A stretch of 64,000 nucleotides of DNA from Blastocystis sp. Blastoise (Eukaryota > Protista > Bigyra: Opalinata). Shown one piece after another: positions 58,746 to 64,000 of the stretch. The DNA is taken from NCBI GenBank assembly GCA_039096225.1, contig JBBPEB010000002.1, forward strand, positions 992,001 through 1,056,000. Direction: 5' to 3'. The notes beneath the pieces were generated by a model. The model saw nothing but the letters and a program-made list of their open reading frames with translations. It had not been told where the DNA came from and searched no databases. Within the stretch, counting starts at the first letter, position 1; each line of letters opens with the position of its first letter. A program made the position numbers and the translations under genes.

Positions 58746-58776
58746 TAATATATAATAATAATAATATTAATAATAA
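58694..58776. repeat. (TAA)n microsatellite in the intron joining the leader exons to the cargo
   Basis: An imperfect AAT run. Confidence 0.85.
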
Positions 58777-58791
58777 TTTCTATCTATATAC

Positions 58792-59260
58792 CGTTTAATC
58801 TTTAACAGGACTTAACTAACAATTTGATGTATGAATAGACAACAAAACCTATCATTCTATATAATATAAATTATAATTAATATAAATTGTATACAATTTA
58901 AAATAAGCCAATATTAAAAACATATTTATATTTAGTAATTGAAAAAAAAAGTAATGAATAGAAAAACAAATAATACATTTATATACTTTTTATAGCATGG
59001 CAAGTTGTTTCTTGAAAGCGTTGGAATAAGAACAAGGAAATAATCTTGTTAAACAAAAGTAGCAGCAACTCTATTGATTAAATTTTTAAGGTTGACCAAG
59101 GAGACAGTCTGATACGAAGAGGGACTCCAGAATGGAAAACCTAAAAGAATTATGAAAATAAATATAAAATATTTAATAAATAAATACTGACACAATACAT
59201 TCTTGTCTTCTAAACATACATAAACACTGTGAGAGGCTCTAATTCCTCTTAGAGACAATA
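58792..59260 (-). other. Element-derived spliced leader exons (non-coding or degenerate) upstream of the cargo
   Basis: GT-AG-bounded segments homologous to 28885-29390. The last exon (58848-58792) has stops in all three frames. Confidence 0.5.
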
Positions 59261-59449
59261 AAATAAAAATAATTATAAATTCACTAATAAATTCAAATGT
59301 TCAAGTGAAATACAAAATTTTTCATGAAAATACCTTTCTTTAATTTTTTTAATTTTTTATGACTCGCTATCATATTTATAAGTTATGACACGTTTCACAC
59401 TACACCATCTATACAATACTACTGCATCCCACACTTTTAACCTTTAAAA

Positions 59450-60225
59450 AATAACTCATTTTTGTTGACTCTCTGATCTGTTGACTAACTCGTCCAAAAA
59501 CTATTAATTATAACTTAAAACGTCCATTCGTTGATGAATTAACTCTAAAAATGACTTAAAAAAGACTTTTAGTTGATTCTGAAAAAAAACTCTTTATTTA
59601 TAAGCTTTGACATACTATTTGTATGCGGAACTTAATGTCATGATAGAATAAAATGAAAAACCTTTTTTAAAACACTTGTGTCCTCTGATATTCAATAAAA
59701 TATAAATAGACTCAGTTTTGAACGAGAAAAATATTCCCGTAAATATTTTAAAAATTGAAAACTCTGGTCTGATTGCCCATGGAACAAATAGGCTCGGCTC
59801 AATTTTTCACTGTAAAAAAAATATAAATTTTTGACTTTTTGGCTGAATTTTGGTTTTGACCCATAGAGGTCTTTTTATTCACTTTTACACATACTTGTGA
59901 CTTTCAGAGGGTCTAAACTTTAAACAGAGCAACAAGAGGTTTTAAAATATTGACCCCATTATTTGTCGGAATTACGACTTAAAACAAAAGAAAAGCGTTT
60001 TTGATATTGTGCGACCCTCTGTAAACAAAAATTAATGTCAATTCTTTGTTAAAATATGTCAAATAGGGTCTTTGAGTCTAAATCAAAAGTCGACTTAAAA
60101 TTTTTATGAAAATTTTATTTTTTTTGCCTAAGTCTTTTTTTTATTCAAATTTTATTGGCTGAATAAGTTTTGAACGAAAATTAGCCAATCAAAAACCTTC
60201 AAAAACTCAAAAGTGCCTACCAGTG
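59450..60225 (-). repeat. Right subterminal block and right terminal inverted repeat (60210-60225) of the outer element
   Basis: An inverted homolog of 27904-28700. It ends AAAGTGCCTACCAGTG and is followed by the target-site copy AAT. Confidence 0.95.
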
Positions 60226-60752
60226 AATGTAGAAAATGGAATGCGTGAAGTGATCATTCCTTATTCCATTAGATATGAAGATTCATTTAAATTGAATAAG
60301 CATAAACTTGGAAAAGGTAGTATTATTGATTTTGCAAATGAGATTGCTAAAATGAAGCCTCTATTGATGTTTGCTTGTTCTCAATTTGATCCAAATTTTA
60401 AATTACACTTTTTAAAACGAAAGAATGAAAAGAAAAGTGATACAGTCTTTAAAGTATATATATTTCAATCTCGCTATTTTATTATAATATATTTATTATT
60501 TTGTTTATTATATTATATATTATTATATTTATTATTTTGTTTATTATTATAGTTATTATTATTATATTAATTATTGTTTTATTAATAGACTAAAGATAAA
60601 GAAATAGAAAAAAGAATAAAGCACGTATGTAAAACTAATGGACCAACAAAAAAAGGCATCGAAGACACGTGTACTTATGTAAAGACGAATTTTAAAGCCC
60701 TAAGTAAAGGTATTAAACAAAGAGCAGAATCATTCTTTTTAAAAGACAAGTA

Positions 60753-60835
<83 letters not shown>

Positions 60836-62258
60836 ATTAACTTATTATTTATATATAGTGACAAACTCTTTACTGAGAATGAAGTTCGTATTTGGTTGTT
60901 CTTATATGCATGTAATGTACCTATTCAATATTTTGGTCGAGTATATATATATATCTATTTTACAACATATTTATACATTATTCTATTATTTCTATTATAT
61001 TTATAGCTCCTTGGAAAAAGCCAATACTTCTCAAGTAATTACAAAATACCGATTTTCTTAAAATATGTATGTATATAATATTATTATTTCATGTTATAAA
61101 AATACTATTTTCAAGAAACATCTATACTATATATTTCTTTACTTATATTTTTATCTATTTTAATATAATATTTTACTTATATAGCCAGAAATCCTAAAGA
61201 AAAAAATGGAAAGAAAGAATATGGAAATAAGAACGAAAGAAATGAAATGCCTGTTTCCTATTGTCGAATTAGATGAAGATGCATTATCGAATATCGTTTT
61301 TGATACAAAGAATTATTACAAAGATGTTTTTGAGTTCTATATGGATATATATAGTGAAATCTATTCTCATACTGATATACGTAAATTTATTCCTGGTGGC
61401 TTTATTAGATATACTTTTGATAATAAATGCTGTTTGTTTCAAAAAGTCTCGTCTTCATTGGATACTCAACCTTCTCAACAAGTTGGAAATAGAACAGAAT
61501 TAGTAACTCTGTCAAGTATACCAATTCAAAATGAAATAGCATTGTATTCTTATAGTAATGATAATAATACTGGTATTGAACAAAGTATTCGTAGAGGTTT
61601 TACGCATAACGAAAATGAGCCAACTTTAATTGACATGCAAAATTCGTTGATCCCAGAGAGAAGCTACGCTGTAAATAATGGAGCAAGTGATACTCGAAAT
61701 TATCAACAAGAATCTATCCCTTGTAATAGTAATCAACAAAATGCTTCTGTTATGTGTTATAATAATTCTTTTAACGTTGAATATCAACAAACTTTTAATG
61801 ATCAACAAGCAGATGCTAATGGTTTTTATTATTTAGCTACAACAGATGAAGGTACAGCTCCATGTTTAATCTCTCCAATGATTAATTTATCAATGAACCC
61901 AGATAATGTTAGTCATTGTCAATATTCTTTATCTAATTCTAATCATTCTCCTGTAATAAATGATTATAGTAATATGCAAACTTTTAACAATAATCTTCCT
62001 TCTAGTAATATGCCTCCTTCTATGAATATGCTTCCTTCTAATAATCTTCCTTCTATGAATATGCCTTCTTCTAATAATATGTCTCCTTCTTCTATTCTAA
62101 TCCCAATTACTGACCCCTATTCTGTATATAATATGACTTTTTCTAATAATACTTTTCCTTCTCCTTCTGCTGATGATTCTACTCGAAATCTTGATCCTCT
62201 ATTTATATATCCTTCTGAAAATGAATCGAACGATTCTCTTCCTAACTATTACGCGTAA
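60226..62258 (+). CDS. 3' remainder of the transposon-interrupted host gene; unknown protein with a basic N-terminal region and a Ser/Asn/Pro/Met-rich tail
   Basis: The exons splice in frame: NVENGMREVIIPYSIRY...DTVFK|TKDKEIEKRIKHVC...FFLKD|NDKLFTENEVRIWLFLYAC...FGR|LLGKSQY...FLKY|PEILKKKMERKNMEIRTKE...PNYYA*. Confidence 0.8.
60750..60832. repeat. (ATT)n intronic microsatellite
   Basis: About 80 bp of ATT repeat. Confidence 0.9.
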
Positions 62259-63774
62259 ATAATAATTAAATAATTTTTACTTCATTTTAATGTTTAAAAA
62301 AAAAATAATATGCAAAAAATAGGAAAAAGAAATGTAAAATAAAAATAATAGAAAACCTATCTATAAAAAAGTTAAATATTTTTAATGTGCTAATTATTTG
62401 GGTAGTTTTTATAAATCTTTATATTTTTTTTAATCATTTTCTACATGATATTTATAATATATCTGTCTTTTATTACTATTTATATAATATGTTTTTTATG
62501 TTTAAATATATATTTTTTCAATATTTTCTTAAAATAGCTTGTTGGGTGGCTATCTTAGTAATCGCATAATATAACTAATTAATTCTTATAAATTGCAGTA
62601 TTTCTATTATCTCTTTAATTAATATATATTATGTTTCCTTTTAAATGTATCTTTATATAATTATTATTATACTTTAAGTTTTATTATGTCTTTTTTTTAT
62701 AACTTTAAAACATTAGCTATAGTTATTCTTATAGCTGATTTCTAAATATAAAACTATGTAATATTTATATCTTATATTAATTTTATATTATATACATATA
62801 CTTCTATTAAATTAGCAATTCTTGAAATCATTATTATTAATAAATAATTCTTTTTTTTAATTTATATAAAAAGTATTCATTATTTCTTAATAAATGATCT
62901 GTCATTTTATTATTTCCATAAGCACACTTATTTTATTATTTTAATGATATCAAGATGTTTCTGATATTTTTTAAATAACTTATTCGTTTATTCTAATATA
63001 TTCTAAAAACATATAGTTCTTATTTATATATTGATACTTATATAAATTTATTACATTAACCGAATATTCCTTTTTTATATATTATGTATATATGTGAAAG
63101 ATAATGCTTTAGTTTTGTTTATATATAACCAACTGATGATCAGTAATATAGTTGATATATAAGTATGTATCTATTACAAAAATAGTAAAATATATATCAA
63201 ATTCTTCTCTCACTTTTTGTGAATATTCCTATACAATATGAAACTTATTATTAACACTTGTGACCTTTTATAGCATATGATTGAAAAAATGAACTATTTT
63301 CCAGTAAATTTCCATAAAATCAAAGTGCCTAATAGTGAATACTTCACTATTTTTCCATATTTCTTTCATAATTTATGAATAAAAACATATTATTGGTATT
63401 ATTTATATAACATAGGTAACAAGTATAAATAGGAATTAAAGAAATATGATTTTCTTTATATCATGTTAGATAAATTCTTTATTGCGTAACCTGCTCATAT
63501 GGTCAAAAATACTGAGTTTATTTGTTTTAGATATTCTTTTTGTATACATAAATAATTAAAAACTCAAACAAAAAAATAAAACGATAAATAAAAAATCTGA
63601 AATAATGCAAAAAACTGGAAAAAATCCCCCAATTATGTTCTTTAAAAGAAAAAATCAAATAAAAATATTATAGTTTTTATATATTCGTTTTCTTTTATTA
63701 TTTAAGTTAATACGCTTTTTTATCATAATTTATTTATTTCAAATAACATTTTCTTATTTTAAATAATTAACAGA

Positions 63775-63972
63775 ATGTCCACTATTATAGAAGATACACT
63801 AGAAACTGCTGGAACTATTGTTAGTGTAGGTGCTAGGGCTACGGTCGCTGTTGCTGCTGAAGTTGTTGATGTAGCTGGTAAGGTTGTTGGTGGAACTGCT
63901 AAAGCTGTTGGAAAGACACTCTGCGCTGCTGGTGAGGTAATTTGTGATGCAACACAAAATAGACTTTGTTGA
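63775..63972 (+). CDS. Small Ala/Val/Gly/Thr-rich protein (65 aa)
   Basis: Much higher GC content than its flanks, GCT/GTT/GGT codon bias, an ATG start and tandem TGA TAA stops. Confidence 0.65.
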   Translation: MSTIIEDTLETAGTIVSVGARATVAVAAEVVDVAGKVVGGTAKAVGKTLCAAGEVICDATQNRLC

Positions 63973-64000
63973 TAAACTAATTCTTTTAAATGCTTATTTT

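Larger units (their letters stand above)
27301..60225 (+). mobile_element. Giant (32,925 bp) CACTA/EnSpm (CMC)-type DNA transposon with cargo (outer element)
   Basis: The left end CACTGGTAGGCATTTT and the reverse complement of the right end CACTGGTAGGCACTTT match at 12/12 and 15/16 positions. AAT flanks both sides (27298-27300 and 60226-60228). The element contains CACTA-type transposases, and the empty site restores an ORF. Confidence 0.92.

Noticed and set aside
27904-60225. Reading the long inverted pair 27904-28700 / 59450-60225 as the terminal repeats of one Polinton/Maverick-like or other long-TIR element
   Set aside because: The flanks do not match (AGC versus AAT), and I saw no polymerase, integrase, capsid or packaging ATPase genes. 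The exact terminal repeat and duplication partner of 60225 is 27301.
1-64000. Alternative genetic code, or stop codons created by polyadenylation as in some Blastocystis
   Set aside because: Long ORFs read cleanly in the standard code, and the genes I traced end in encoded TAA, TAG or TGA.

Overview
This is very AT-rich, intron-dense eukaryotic DNA with short GTATAT...TATAG introns and (TA)n tracts. It resembles a Blastocystis-like gut protist, but that is an inference. Most short entries in the ORF track are single exons or low-complexity shadow frames. Positions 1-27 kb hold host genes: a BTB+TLDc pseudogene, three members of an expanded BTB-like/LRR-like family (one internally deleted), and a probable PA200/Blm10 proteasome activator. 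The main result is a giant CACTA/EnSpm (CMC)-type DNA transposon of about 32.9 kb at 27301-60225. It has CACTGGTAGGCA terminal inverted repeats and a perfect 3-bp AAT target-site duplication. It splits exon 1 of an otherwise intact host gene, whose frame is restored exactly when the element is removed. The element encodes a spliced transposase and a divergently transcribed accessory gene, and carries about 8.6 kb of a captured, truncated trithorax/KMT2C-like PHD-bromodomain chromatin-reader gene. Nested inside it, in inverted orientation, is a related 14.4-kb element (27904-42350) with its own transposase, accessory gene and different, decayed cargo. The two elements share a highly conserved subterminal block (about 93% over 310 bp) followed by homologous leader exons that point into the cargo slot.
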